IMG/VR virus record: IMGVR_UViG_3300046747_000237
Location: 1 to 60,075 of that record
Length of the DNA stretch: 60,075 nucleotides
From: a virus
Taxonomy: Duplodnaviria; Caudoviricetes
Reading direction: 5' to 3' (one strand)
The notes beneath the pieces are model-generated. The model saw only the letters and a program-made list of their open reading frames with translations, was not told the origin of the DNA and ran no database searches. Within the stretch, counting starts at the first letter, position 1. Every line of letters starts with the position of its first letter. Positions 8,976 through 20,000 of the stretch are shown piece after piece. The translations under genes were made by a program, and so were the position numbers.

Positions 8976-9376
8976 TGGACCGGCGCCCGCAGACCCCGTT
9001 CCCCGCCGACCCCTTTCGCGGCGGCTACGACCGGCCGCTGCCCCAGCAGCCTCAGCAGGCCCCCGGCAGTCCCGAGCTCGGCGAGCTCACGCGCCGGCTG
9101 GGGCTCGACCTGACCACCTTTGCCAACAAGCTCCGTGCGCTCCTGGCCGCCCCCATCTACCGCGATGTCACGGTCACGCTGCTCGCTGGCGACCTCACGG
9201 CGACCGCGGAGCACGGGTTGGGTCGCGGCTACCTCGGCGCTGCGATCGAGGGCCAGTCGAGCGCTGGGGCCGTCTACGTGCTGACTCCTGACGGCAGCAC
9301 GTCCAGCACGGTGGTGACGGTCGGTATCGACGTCGCGGCGGTGGTCGACATCACCGTGCAGCTGAGGGTGCGCTGA
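8975..9376 (+). CDS. Putative virion protein (133 aa)
   Basis: ATG8975 coupled to both neighbours; 'HGLGR' beta-rich C-terminus. Confidence 0.6.
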   Translation: MDRRPQTPFPADPFRGGYDRPLPQQPQQAPGSPELGELTRRLGLDLTTFANKLRALLAAPIYRDVTVTLLAGDLTATAEHGLGRGYLGAAIEGQSSAGAVYVLTPDGSTSSTVVTVGIDVAAVVDITVQLRVR

Positions 9377-12300
9377 TGCCGATCCCGTCCGGAGCGCCGC
9401 TCAAGCTGTCGCTGTTGCTCAACGGAGGCGTGAACAACCGCAGCGAGCCGGAGCTCGTGCAGCCGGTCGCGGCGCAGGGCAGCACGATCAAGCTGCGTGC
9501 GAGCACCAACACACGCTTGTCACGTCGCGTCGGCACGGTGGCGCGCTCGCCGAGCTTCGTGCAGGTGGACAACCCGCTGGCCGCGGCTGTGCCTGGCGAG
9601 GCCCGATACGGGCTGTTCACGGCGGCTCATGGCAAGTGCACGCTCGCGCTCCGGGCGCCCTACCATCTCCATGGCAGTCCGGTGTATGCAGACGCGGGCC
9701 GCGTCACGCCAGGCAACGCGCTGTCGACGTACACCGGCGACACGGCCACCACGCAGGTCTCCGCAGCGACCCCGCTCGTTGTCGACGCCGGCGCGGTCGG
9801 CCAGTACGCGGCCATCAGCAACATCGCGAACGTCTACAGCGAGACGCTCGACCAGGTGTGGACGTTCTACTGGGCCTACTCGTCGTCTGACTACTCGTAC
9901 CCCTATGCGTCAGTCCGCAAGGGCGACGGGACGCTGATCGCCTACCCGCAGATCCTTGCGGTGTCTGGCGGGTTCCTGCCTGTCGCGGCAGAGACCGCGG
10001 GTCTCGGCTATCCGCTGTGGTGTGGAGTCACCGAGCACGGCGCCAACGGGATTGTCGTCTGGTGGCAGCTGCCAACCGACCACACCATCTACTGCATGCG
10101 GCTGACGGTCAACGCCAGCGGCCTGATCGTGGCCCTGGCCGCTTCTTCGTCTGTGGCAGTGCTGCCCGCATACGCGACCTCGTCTGCAGATCCTGCCTAC
10201 GGCATCGACGTCTGCTCAGGCGGCGACAGCTACGCCTACATCGCGACCACGCTCGGCGCCTCGCCAAACAACGGGCGGGTGATCCAGTGGGACGTGGTCT
10301 CTCAGGCCGCGGTGGGTGGGTACTCGTTCGCGGGCGCGTCGCTGGGAGCCGGGCAGACCGCCATCTCCAGTCAGGTCATCCGCGGCACGCGCTACGTCGC
10401 CTGCAACTTCGGCAGCGTCACCAACAACCAGACGACGGTGGGCTGTTTTGCTGGCGGCAGCATGACGCCAACGTGGACGGTCGTACTCGCCGAGCAGGGC
10501 GGGCAAGCGGTCGGCTTCCTCGACGTCGGCTACGACGACGCAGGCAACGCGGGCCCGCGCACCGTCCACTTGATCGGAGTGGTCTCGGGCAGCTCCGCAG
10601 CTGGGCTCAACCGCACCAGCCTGGCGACGAACGCTCCGTGGATCTGCCGCACAATCATGCGGACGTGTCACCTCGCGACAGGATCGGACTCGCTCACGGT
10701 GGCCACGGAAATCTCGCTGCCGTTCCGCTCGTTGCAGACGCACGCGGCGCAGTGGTCTCCCACCACCAGCACGACCTTCCCGGTGTTTGGAACAGCGCCC
10801 ACTTACGGAAAAGGCACGGACGCGGTCGGACAGGCCGACTACGTAGACGACCCGTCGATCGACTTCTACGCGGTGCGCGATTGGCAGCATGCGTGCCCCA
10901 TTGCTCGCATCGGCTGCGTACGCGGCACGTTGCAGGCTCCGGCGCGCATCCAGGTCGAGCGGCGCCTGCAGAGCAAGTCGTTCTGCGTGGTCGGCCAGCG
11001 CGGATTTGCCGCGTACCGTCAGCTGAGTGAGACGTCGGGCATTTCCTCGGCAGACGTGGCGCTGGGCTTTCAGGGCTCATCGGGGCGCTATGCGGTGCTC
11101 GACTTCTCGCCGACGCAGCTGAGCGTTGCGCACGACAAAGACGGGTCCGTGTACGTAGCGAGCGCGCTCCCCTATCAGTGGGACGGGCGCGACCTGTTCG
11201 AGATGGGCGGCTTTCTCCACACGCCACACCTGTCGAATCTGATCTCGGGCGGCTCGCCGCTGGCCGGCAACTTCCATGCGCGCGTCGTTCATCGCTTCCA
11301 GGACGCTGCTGGGTCGATGCATCGCTCGCGGACGAGCGCCATCCACGAGTTCTCGCTGGCTGCGCAGGCGACCTACTTGTTCGCGGACCCTGGGCAGACG
11401 ATGAGCCGGCGGATCCCGCTGCTCTACTACTACGCCTCTGAGGCGAACGGGAAGACAGAGCACCTGTTCGAGGTGACCTCAGACCTCTGGAGCACCCTCA
11501 ACTCGGCGGTCTCCACGGCCTACCCGATGGTCTACACCACCGAGGCCGACGGCACGGAGCTCGCTCCACAGCCGCCCCCGCCCGCGTGGGACTTCGGCAT
11601 CGTCGGCTCTCGCATGTGGGGTGTCGATGCCGAGCTGCGCACGCGCGCGTTCTACAGCAAGCTCCGCGTCGCTGGCATCGGGTACGAGTTCCACCCCGCA
11701 CTCGAGGTCGCCGTTCCGAGCGGCTCAGGCGACCTGTTCGCAGTGCGCGAGTGGGCGGGGTTCCCCGTCCTGATCGCCGAGCGCGCGGTCTACCAGGTGT
11801 CCGGCGACGGGCCCACCAACCAGGTCGGCGGCGGCGGCGGAAGCTTCTCGCCCCCGGTGAAGATCAGCGACTACGGCTGCACCAACACCGCCAGCGTCGC
11901 CGTCTTCCCGACCGGCATGATCTGGCAGTTCCGCGATCGCTTCGTGCTGCTCGACGCCAACGGCGTGCAGCTCGTTCCAGACTTCCTTTGCACCGAGGAT
12001 GTGTCGGCGGCGCTTGTACTTACCCGCTACTCCGAGGTGCTCTTTTTCTCCGCGACCACGGCCGGCGCGCGCGTCTACAACTACGAGTTCGGCCGCTGGA
12101 CGACGTGGGACAGCGAGACGTTGCCCGACCCGGTCACCCAGGTGTCGCTGCTCCCGTACGACCCGGACACGGCGCTCGTCTACTCTGCGAGCACGGGCAT
12201 CCTGCGCCGGCTCGAGTGCGACACCTACGGGGCCGCCGCGCACATGACGCTCGAGACCGACTGGCTGCTCTTGGGGGGCGACTTCCAGGACCACGTCGAG

Positions 12301-12624
12301 CTGCGCGACCTCGTGTTCAGCGCCGTGGTGAACGGGCCGCACGGGCTCGAGGTCAACGTCTACACCGACTACGAGGACGACACGGCCACCACCGAGCGCA
12401 GCTGGACGGCGGACGAGATCGCCACGCTGTCGGACGCCACGGGGCGCTACACGCTGCGCATCGACCCTGTGCAGCCCAACTGCCGCGCGGTGCGCATCCG
12501 CGTGCGTGACGTGGTCGAGGCGGGCGACAACACCCAGGGCATGGGGCCGCGCGCGCTGACTGTGAGCTACCAGCTGAACGGGCAGTTGTTCGAAGACTCG
12601 TTTCTGCAGAACAGCCACAAGTAG
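9376..12624 (+). CDS. Tail nozzle / DNA stabilization protein (tail tubular B, P22 gp10-like)
   Basis: 1082 aa beta-propeller-like; begins L.GGVN; C-terminal 'SDYGC', 'YNYEFGRWTTW', 'LETDW' pattern. Confidence 0.7.
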   Translation: MPIPSGAPLKLSLLLNGGVNNRSEPELVQPVAAQGSTIKLRASTNTRLSRRVGTVARSPSFVQVDNPLAAAVPGEARYGLFTAAHGKCTLALRAPYHLHGSPVYADAGRVTPGNALSTYTGDTATTQVSAATPLVVDAGAVGQYAAISNIANVYSETLDQVWTFYWAYSSSDYSYPYASVRKGDGTLIAYPQILAVSGGFLPVAAETAGLGYPLWCGVTEHGANGIVVWWQLPTDHTIYCMRLTVNASGLIVALAASSSVAVLPAYATSSADPAYGIDVCSGGDSYAYIATTLGASPNNGRVIQWDVVSQAAVGGYSFAGASLGAGQTAISSQVIRGTRYVACNFGSVTNNQTTVGCFAGGSMTPTWTVVLAEQGGQAVGFLDVGYDDAGNAGPRTVHLIGVVSGSSAAGLNRTSLATNAPWICRTIMRTCHLATGSDSLTVATEISLPFRSLQTHAAQWSPTTSTTFPVFGTAPTYGKGTDAVGQADYVDDPSIDFYAVRDWQHACPIARIGCVRGTLQAPARIQVERRLQSKSFCVVGQRGFAAYRQLSETSGISSADVALGFQGSSGRYAVLDFSPTQLSVAHDKDGSVYVASALPYQWDGRDLFEMGGFLHTPHLSNLISGGSPLAGNFHARVVHRFQDAAGSMHRSRTSAIHEFSLAAQATYLFADPGQTMSRRIPLLYYYASEANGKTEHLFEVTSDLWSTLNSAVSTAYPMVYTTEADGTELAPQPPPPAWDFGIVGSRMWGVDAELRTRAFYSKLRVAGIGYEFHPALEVAVPSGSGDLFAVREWAGFPVLIAERAVYQVSGDGPTNQVGGGGGSFSPPVKISDYGCTNTASVAVFPTGMIWQFRDRFVLLDANGVQLVPDFLCTEDVSAALVLTRYSEVLFFSATTAGARVYNYEFGRWTTWDSETLPDPVTQVSLLPYDPDTALVYSASTGILRRLECDTYGAAAHMTLETDWLLLGGDFQDHVELRDLVFSAVVNGPHGLEVNVYTDYEDDTATTERSWTADEIATLSDATGRYTLRIDPVQPNCRAVRIRVRDVVEAGDNTQGMGPRALTVSYQLNGQLFEDSFLQNSHK

Positions 12625-12630
12625 CCGCTC

Positions 12631-12660
12631 AGGCCAGCGCGGGGGTCGTGCCGCGATGCT
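12631..12660 (+). promoter_or_regulatory. Putative late promoter, leaderless
   Basis: AGGCCA-N18-GATGCT, 30 nt before ATG12667; no SD. Confidence 0.7.
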
Positions 12661-12666
12661 GGCGGT

Positions 12667-15015
12667 ATGGGCAACGGCGGGCTGATCAAAACCAAGAAGG
12701 AGAAGGCTGCCAACGAGCGCAAAAAGCAGCGCGAGGCCGCTGAGAAAGCCGCGCAGACGGCCAACGCCGACAACATCCGCGCCCAGGCGACAGCGGGAGC
12801 AACAGCGGCCACCGCTGAGCGCCAGGCCACGCAGGACGCGCTGGCCGCGACAAGCGCGCAGGCGACCGAGCGCGCGACCCTGGCAGGCAACCAGCGCGAG
12901 TGGGCGCTGGCCGGCCAGTCGAACTCGCGCCAGGAAGCGGCGAACTCGATCGGCGGCATCAACCAGTCTGTCACCGCCGGCAACCAGCTGCGCACCGACG
13001 CGCTGAACGCCAACAACCTGAACACGGCGGCGCAGCGCTCCGCAGACCTGCGCACGCAGGCGCTCGCGGGCACGAACCTGCGCACAGACGCCGCGTCTGC
13101 GAACAGCCTCGCAGATAGCTATCTGAACCGCGTCGACCTGCAGAGCGCGGCGTCGAGCGCGAACCGCCAGGCCGACAGCTACTTGGCTCGCAGCGACCTG
13201 AACCGCAGCGCGGCAGCGGCGAACGCTTCGGCGGACAGCTACCTCGCTCGCAGCAACCTGAACGCCTCGGCGGCCAGCGCCAACAGCCTCGCGGACAGCT
13301 ATCTGGCGCGGTCCAACCTCAACCAGAGCGCGGCGGCGGCGAACAGCTTCCGCACGCAGGCGCTGGCGAACACCGACCTACGGGCAGACGCGGCGGACGC
13401 GAACTACATCCGCAACGAGGCGTTCAACCAGGTCGACATGGAAGGGGCGGCGCAGCGCGGCATCAACATGCGCTCGGCGGCACTCGACAAGCTCAACCTG
13501 GAGAACTCGGCCGTTGGCGCGAATCTGGAGCGCAGTCAGGCGCTTGCAGGCCGCGACCTTACGCGCAACGCGCAGCAAGCCAACCAGCTGCGCACGGACG
13601 CCTACGACTCCACCAACCTGAACGCGCTCGGTGACCAGTCCAACGCGCTCCGGGACGCTGCGCTCGCGGGGGGCAACCTCAACACCGCGGCCAACACCGC
13701 GATCGAGCAGAACGCGGACATCTCCGGGCGCCGCGTCGCCAACAGCATCGGCGTCAACAACCGCGCCGCGCAGGGCCTCGCGACCAGCCTCGGCGAGGGT
13801 AGCGCGCTCGGTCTGCAGCAGGCGCTCGCCAGCGCTGGCCAGGGCAACTCCGACCTGATGGCGGACAACGAGCTCAACCAGGCGCAGCTGGCCAGCGACA
13901 TGCGCTACGGCGCGGCCAACCAGCAGATCAACAACCAGCTGAACACAGCCAACCTCAACGCGAACCAGAAGTACGCGGCGGGGCTCGCGCAGACCAACAA
14001 CAAGCTCAACACGGCCAACCTCAACGCCAACCAGCTCTACACCGGCGCCTACGACCAGTACGGCAACGAGCTGATGATCGCCGACGCGAACGCCAACACG
14101 ACGATGCAGGGCGCGATCACACAGGCCGGCAACAACATCAGCGTCGGCAACGCGAACGCGAACCAGCTGTTCCAGGGAGCGGACGCGCAGGCTGGCTACC
14201 GCATGAGCACGGCCAACGCCAACGCGGACACGGCCATGCAGGGAAGCATCCTGCAGACCGGCAACGAGCTCAACGTGGCCGACCAGAACGCGAACACGTA
14301 CTACACGGGCGCGCGCGACCAGGCCGGCAACGAGATTTTGGTCGGCAACGCCAACGCCGACCGCGCGTACACCGGTGCGCGCGACCAGGCGGGCAATGAG
14401 ATCACCGTCGGCCTGTCCAACGCTGATCGCACGCTCCAGGGCGCGCAGTACCAGGCGGGCAACGAGATCTCAGTCGGCAACGCGAACGCGAACCGGAGCT
14501 ACCTCGGCGCGAGCGAGAGCGCGGCCAACAACATCACAGTTGGCAACGCGAACGCCGACCGCTCCTACACGGGCGCGCGCGACCAGACCACCAACGTGCT
14601 GAACACGGCAGACCAGAACGCCAACCAGCTCTATTCGGGCGCGTATGGTCAGTCGCTGAACGCGATTGGTGTGGCAGGCGACAACGCGAACTCGCTCTTC
14701 CAGGGCTCGACCGCGACCGCGCAGGCGTACGGCAACCTCTACGGCAACGACATCAACGCGACCAACTCGGCCAACAACTGGGCCAGCGGTGCGTACGGAC
14801 AGCAGTACGACACGCAGTCTCAGCTCGCCAGCAACTCGCTCGCCAATCAAAACCAGTGGCTCGCCAATCAGCAGAGCGCGTACGGGCAAGAGGTCATGGG
14901 TCAGCAGGCGGCGGCCAATCGAGCGACCACCCAGCGCGGCCAAAACACGCAGCTCGCGGGCGACATCATCCAGTCGACCTCCAACATCGCCGCCGCCAAC
15001 TCTGGCAACTCGTAA
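12667..15015 (+). CDS. Internal virion / DNA ejection protein with tandem repeats
   Basis: A/N/Q-rich 782 aa after the nozzle gene; two repeat arrays. Confidence 0.65.
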   Translation: MGNGGLIKTKKEKAANERKKQREAAEKAAQTANADNIRAQATAGATAATAERQATQDALAATSAQATERATLAGNQREWALAGQSNSRQEAANSIGGINQSVTAGNQLRTDALNANNLNTAAQRSADLRTQALAGTNLRTDAASANSLADSYLNRVDLQSAASSANRQADSYLARSDLNRSAAAANASADSYLARSNLNASAASANSLADSYLARSNLNQSAAAANSFRTQALANTDLRADAADANYIRNEAFNQVDMEGAAQRGINMRSAALDKLNLENSAVGANLERSQALAGRDLTRNAQQANQLRTDAYDSTNLNALGDQSNALRDAALAGGNLNTAANTAIEQNADISGRRVANSIGVNNRAAQGLATSLGEGSALGLQQALASAGQGNSDLMADNELNQAQLASDMRYGAANQQINNQLNTANLNANQKYAAGLAQTNNKLNTANLNANQLYTGAYDQYGNELMIADANANTTMQGAITQAGNNISVGNANANQLFQGADAQAGYRMSTANANADTAMQGSILQTGNELNVADQNANTYYTGARDQAGNEILVGNANADRAYTGARDQAGNEITVGLSNADRTLQGAQYQAGNEISVGNANANRSYLGASESAANNITVGNANADRSYTGARDQTTNVLNTADQNANQLYSGAYGQSLNAIGVAGDNANSLFQGSTATAQAYGNLYGNDINATNSANNWASGAYGQQYDTQSQLASNSLANQNQWLANQQSAYGQEVMGQQAAANRATTQRGQNTQLAGDIIQSTSNIAAANSGNS
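12982..13701 (+). repeat. 12 x 60-bp (20-aa) coding tandem repeat
   Basis: Units such as NSLADSYLARSNLNQSAAAA. Confidence 0.85.
13930..14721 (+). repeat. 12 x 66-bp (22-aa) coding tandem repeat
   Basis: Units such as GNEILVGNANADRAYTGARDQA. Confidence 0.85.
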
Positions 15016-15026
15016 AGGCCACCACC

Positions 15027-17015
15027 ATGCCACCCTACGGCGTCTCTCTCGGCAATCTCTCCAGCGCGCTCCGTCTCACCGGTGGAGACGAGAGCCTCGC
15101 GCGCCGTCTGCTCGCGGAGGAAGAGCAGCAGCAGCGGCACGAGGCGGTCACCGCGGGCCCCGTCAACGACGCCCCGATCGTCGAGCGCGGGCTGCCCGAC
15201 AACCCCTACAACGAGCCGGGGGCGAATCCCTATCAGCGTGGCGCAGGGCCTGCCGACGACGGCGTGATGCGCGACTTCGAGCCGGAGCGCGTCGTCGCTC
15301 GCCCGAAGGAGCAGCGCAGTCCGTACGACTCGCCGGAGATCCAAGCGGCACTCGAGCGTGTCGGCATGGCGCCGAAGACCTACGGCGGCTCTGCGCCCAA
15401 CGGCCAGGTCCCCGGCAACCCCTACGACGACCAGCAGCCGCCGATCGTGCAGCAGAACCAGCGCACGGCGTCGCTCGGCAGCCAGGACCTCGCCATGGGC
15501 GCGCCGCAGCCGCGTGCGCCTCAGCCTGCCCCGTCGCCAGTGCAGCAGGCGCTGCAGCGCACGCAGCCGGCCCCTGTGCAGCTGCCCCCCGACACGCAGC
15601 AGGCGCTCCAGCGCACGGGCAGCCAGTACCAGCTTCCCAACGTGCAGGGCGTGGACCCGCGGTCGAGCGTGCGCGCGCTGCAGCTGGGCCAGGTCGACGG
15701 CTACAACGATCGCATCGGGCTGGCGCAGCGCTCGGGCGAAGTAGCCGGCAACACCAACGCTGCGCAGGGCAAGGTGTACAGCGACGCGGCGACCGACCAG
15801 GGCGCGCGCAATGCCGTGAGCGATCAGCGTCAGCAGGGCATGCTCGACCGCACGGACGCGAACCGTCAGGACGCGTACGCGAAGGTCGACAAGATCCGCG
15901 AGCTCGCGGCCAACAGGCCCGGCAAGCAGAGCCCGACGGCCAGCAAGATCGCGGAGATCGGGATGATGATCCCCGGCCTCAACATCCTCGCGGCGCCTGC
16001 GTACGGCATCCTGCGAGGTCGCGACAAGGACGCGCAGCGCGAGTGGGCGCAGAACATCGACAGCGCGGCCACTGCCCAAAAGGCCGATACGGCGATGAAC
16101 GCCAGCGAGCACGACGACCGCAACAACGAGCTCTCGCAAGAGCAGCGGATGGCACTGCTGCGCGACGGGCAAAAGCTCAACCAGCTGGAGGCGATCGCCA
16201 AGGCCGGCGACAGCGAGCAGTCGCGGCTCAAGGCGAGCAACGACGCACTCGCGCTCAAGGACCGGATGGCCGACATGCTGATCGGCATCAAAACGGGCGA
16301 CCAGAAGAAGGCAGCGGCTGGCTCGCGCAGTGCCGAGGACACGCGGATCACGCAGCTGCTCTCGCAGGTGCCTGACGCCGAGCGGCCGGACCTGGCGATG
16401 AAGCTGGGCCCGCGCGCGGTCGAACTGCTCGGCAAGGCGGCGAAGAACACGACCGCTGTCGTCGGGATGGGCAAGGACCTGGCGCAGACCGAGGGCGCCA
16501 TCGCGGAGGCAGCGCACAAGCGCAACGAGGCGGCTGCGGGTCCCAGGCTCAGCGACGGCGACAAGAAGCTGCAGCGCCTCGCGGAAGGCGTGCGTCCCGC
16601 CTACGACGCTCTCAGCAAGTACGCCGCGCAGATCGGCAAGGGCACTGCCGAGGTGCCGTACGTCGGCATCGGGCCGGGCGCGACCACGATGTTTGCGGGC
16701 GAGGACACGCAGGGCCTCAACGGCAACATTCAGCAGCTCGCCAACGTGCTTCTACGCGATGAGTCAGGCGCCAACCTCCCCGAGTCCGAGCAGAAGACCA
16801 AGTGGGACGCCTGGGGCATCACCAGCCCAGACGCCGCGGTGCGCAACCGAGGGCTCGGCAAGATGCTCGCCGAGTACGAGGGACGTGTCTCCCATGTCGC
16901 CCCGGTTGGCGGACCGGCCCCCGCTGCGCCAGCGGCGGCAGGTCCAAAGGCCGACTACTCGCGCGATGAGCTCGAGGCCGAACTACGCCGGCGCCGTGCC
17001 CAGGCGGGGCGCTGA
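15027..17015 (+). CDS. Internal virion / ejection protein
   Basis: ATG15027; helical Q/A-rich protein; C-terminal 'LLRDESGA.LP.SE' motif; synteny. Confidence 0.6.
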   Translation: MPPYGVSLGNLSSALRLTGGDESLARRLLAEEEQQQRHEAVTAGPVNDAPIVERGLPDNPYNEPGANPYQRGAGPADDGVMRDFEPERVVARPKEQRSPYDSPEIQAALERVGMAPKTYGGSAPNGQVPGNPYDDQQPPIVQQNQRTASLGSQDLAMGAPQPRAPQPAPSPVQQALQRTQPAPVQLPPDTQQALQRTGSQYQLPNVQGVDPRSSVRALQLGQVDGYNDRIGLAQRSGEVAGNTNAAQGKVYSDAATDQGARNAVSDQRQQGMLDRTDANRQDAYAKVDKIRELAANRPGKQSPTASKIAEIGMMIPGLNILAAPAYGILRGRDKDAQREWAQNIDSAATAQKADTAMNASEHDDRNNELSQEQRMALLRDGQKLNQLEAIAKAGDSEQSRLKASNDALALKDRMADMLIGIKTGDQKKAAAGSRSAEDTRITQLLSQVPDAERPDLAMKLGPRAVELLGKAAKNTTAVVGMGKDLAQTEGAIAEAAHKRNEAAAGPRLSDGDKKLQRLAEGVRPAYDALSKYAAQIGKGTAEVPYVGIGPGATTMFAGEDTQGLNGNIQQLANVLLRDESGANLPESEQKTKWDAWGITSPDAAVRNRGLGKMLAEYEGRVSHVAPVGGPAPAAPAAAGPKADYSRDELEAELRRRRAQAGR

Positions 17016-20000
17016 TGGGTGGCCGAAGGCCGCTGACCGATCTCAGCGACGACGAGCTCTCGTCGCTGCTCGACCCACCGCGCGCTCGCTCGGTCGCTGA
17101 CCTCTCTGACGAAGAGCTGGAAGCGCAGCTGGCCGGCCCAAGCACGCCGGTCCAGAGCGGCGGCGCGGGCGCTCGTCTGCTCGAGCAGCTGAGCGGCAAC
17201 GAGGAAGAGCGCGCGGCTCGCGAGGCGTCTCTCCAGGCAGAGCACGGCGGCGCGCTCAGCCAAGCGATGGCCGGCTCTGAGGCGCTCTCTCGCGGCCTCA
17301 CCCTCGGCGGCTCCAGCGTCGCCAGCGCGGCGCTCACCGGCGCGCTCACGCCCGATGGCCCGCAGCTGACGCCTGAAGCTCGCGAGCGCATGAAGGACCC
17401 CGCCGTCGCCGCGCGGATGGCCGCGATGGGCGTGCGGCCGCAGGACGTGCCGGCCGACCGCGGCGGCTTCTCGATCGGCTACGACGCAGCTCGCCAGCAA
17501 GAGGACGACCGCGCGGCGGCGAACCCCGTCACCGCGCTCGGTGGCGAGATCGGCGGCGCACTGCTACCTGCGCTCGTCACGGGCGGCGCGTCCGCTGCGG
17601 CCGAAGGCTCGTCGCTGCTCGCTCGCGGCGGCCAGGCAGCGCTGCGCTACTCGCCGGCTGGGTTGGCAGAGCGAGCGGCCGGGAACGTCGCTACGCGGCT
17701 CGCGGGTCCCGGAGCCGGACTCGTTGGCCGGGTGGGCGGGAACGTTCTTGGTCACGCTGGCGTCGGCGGGCTGGAGACGCTCGCGTACGAGGCTTCGCAG
17801 CTGCGCGAGGCCGACATCGCAAATCCCGAGGAGGCTGCCGAGCACCTGCTCTACGCGTGGGGCACGGGGGCGCTGCTCTCGGGCGTGGCGGGCGGGGTAT
17901 TCGGCGGGTCCCCGGGGGCGACCAGGCGCGCTGGGCAGCAGACGGACGAGCTTGGGACGACGCTGGCGCAGCAGGGCGCGGGCGACGAGCTTGTGCAGCA
18001 GGCCGGCCGGCGAGCCGACTCGCACATCGGCGCGCTCGACCAGCTGAGCCAGCAAGCCAAGCAGGTGCCAGCGAACGACGTGGCCACGCGCAACGCCATC
18101 GACCACGAAGGCGGGCTCTTGCTCGACGAGGCGACGCAGGAGATCGAGCGGCGGCCCCTGTCGGCCGCGCAGATCCCCGAGCCTCCGCGTGCGAAGTGGC
18201 GGGCAGTTGCCGAGCGCGCGCAGGCAGCCGGCGGCAAGTTCAAGGAAGCGGTCGACACCGGGACGCGTGCCGCTCGACAGGACTTCGACAACGTCTTGCG
18301 CGGCATGGACCAGATCGACGAGTACGGCGGCATCGCGGCCAAGCAGCGCGCCAACCAGTTCAACGTCGGGCACGCCGTCGACTCGACGCCGGTAGACAAT
18401 CTGCTCGCCGACATGCACGGCGAGATCGCCGGGTTCATGCAGGGCCGGTCACGGACTGCGCTGGCGTCGGGCGGCGGCCTCAACGCGCTCGAGGGCGTCA
18501 AAAAGGTCATCAACGAGAGCGGCGCGCTCATCCGCGGCGCGCTCGGCCGTGGCGACGTGGGCGAGGCGTACAACCTGCTCGACCAGGGCGTGAAGGGCTT
18601 CCTCGGCAAGGCTCGCGGCTCCGCGCGCGCGGAGCCTGTGAAGGACCTGATCGAGCGGATGTACCCCAAGATCCAGGGCTTCCTCGAAGATGAGTCGTCG
18701 TGGGGAGAACTGGCGCAGCGACAGAAGCTCGCCAACCCTAGCTGGTCGAACCGGATCGGCGTCAGTATGGACGGCCGGATCCAGGGGCTCACCACCATCG
18801 CAGGCGAGCGTAAAGCGAACCTGTTCGACAACATCAAGCTCGCGAACTCGAGCGGGCTCGAGAGCCTCTTCAACCGCCTGGGCGACGCGGGCACGGAAGA
18901 CGTCGAGCAGGCGTTCCGCACGCACCTGCGCGCGATGGCACGCGACGCGACCGACCGCACTCGAGCGTGGGGCACCGACAAGCTGCGCGACGAAGCGACC
19001 CGCGTAGTCGGGTCCGTGAAGCGCATCGAAGACACCATGGACAGGATCGCCCTGCTCCGGCGCGACAAGCTGGCGCACGAGGCTTCGCTGCAAGGCTCCA
19101 CGATCCAGATGGTCGGCCAGCTTGCGAGCTCACTCGGCGCGAGCGGTATCGGGGCAGGCATCAGCGCCGCAGTCGGCGCCAAGCGCAAGCTGGTCGAGAT
19201 GCTGGGCGCGGCGCAGTCTCCGGGTGAGCGCGCAGCTATCCAAGCCTCGATTCCCCCGCCCCTGCCGCTCGAGCAGACCGTGGGCCAAGTCACCCGCACC
19301 ACCGGCTCGCGCATCGCCCAGGCAGGCGCCTCGATGCTGCAGACGGTCGGGCGCGGCGCGCAATCGGCGAGCGCGGCGGCGCCGTTCGTTCAGGGCGCGA
19401 TGCTCTCCGACGAGCGGCACGAGCAGGTGATGCGCGACGCCGTGGCGCTCAACAACCCTGACAGCCCCGAGGCTCGCCAGCTGTACGAGCAGGCCGCCGC
19501 GATCGAGAAGGAGTCGCCCAAGCTCGCCGACGCCTTCGCCATGTCGAAGCTGCGGATGGCCGACTACATCGCTAGCAAGATGCCCAAGCAGGACAGCCAG
19601 GCGCTGTACGCCCCGGCGCCGCAGCTCGACCCGGTGACCAACAGGAAGCTCAAGCGCACGGTCGCAGCGGCTGTCGACCCGGTGGGCGCGATCGAGCGGA
19701 TGGCTGCGATGCGGGCGTCGCCCGAGGACGTGGAGACGGTGCGCACGCTGTTCCCCTCGATGCACAAGGCGTATCAGCTGAACGCACAGCGCGCGCTCAA
19801 GGCTGCGAAGGTCAAGCCGAACTACGAGACCCGCGTTGCGGCGTCGCAGAGCATTGGGGTGCCCGCGGACCCGTCGATGGAGATCGACAACCTGCGCATG
19901 CAGCAGATGGTGGCCAACGCGCCAGACCAGGCGAAGCTGGAAGAGAACAAGGCCAAGCAGAAGAACATGGCCGAGGCAGCTAAGATGGGGCCAGGCGCTG

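Noticed and set aside
12982-14721. CRISPR array or DGR template/variable repeats
   Set aside because: Repeats are contiguous, in frame and degenerate, with no spacers; no cas or reverse transcriptase gene was recognised anywhere
15016-15029. AGGCCA / Kozak-like GCCACCACCATG before ATG15027
   Set aside because: Only 5 nt from the start; AAAGG fits a bacterial SD and there is no matching -10 geometry
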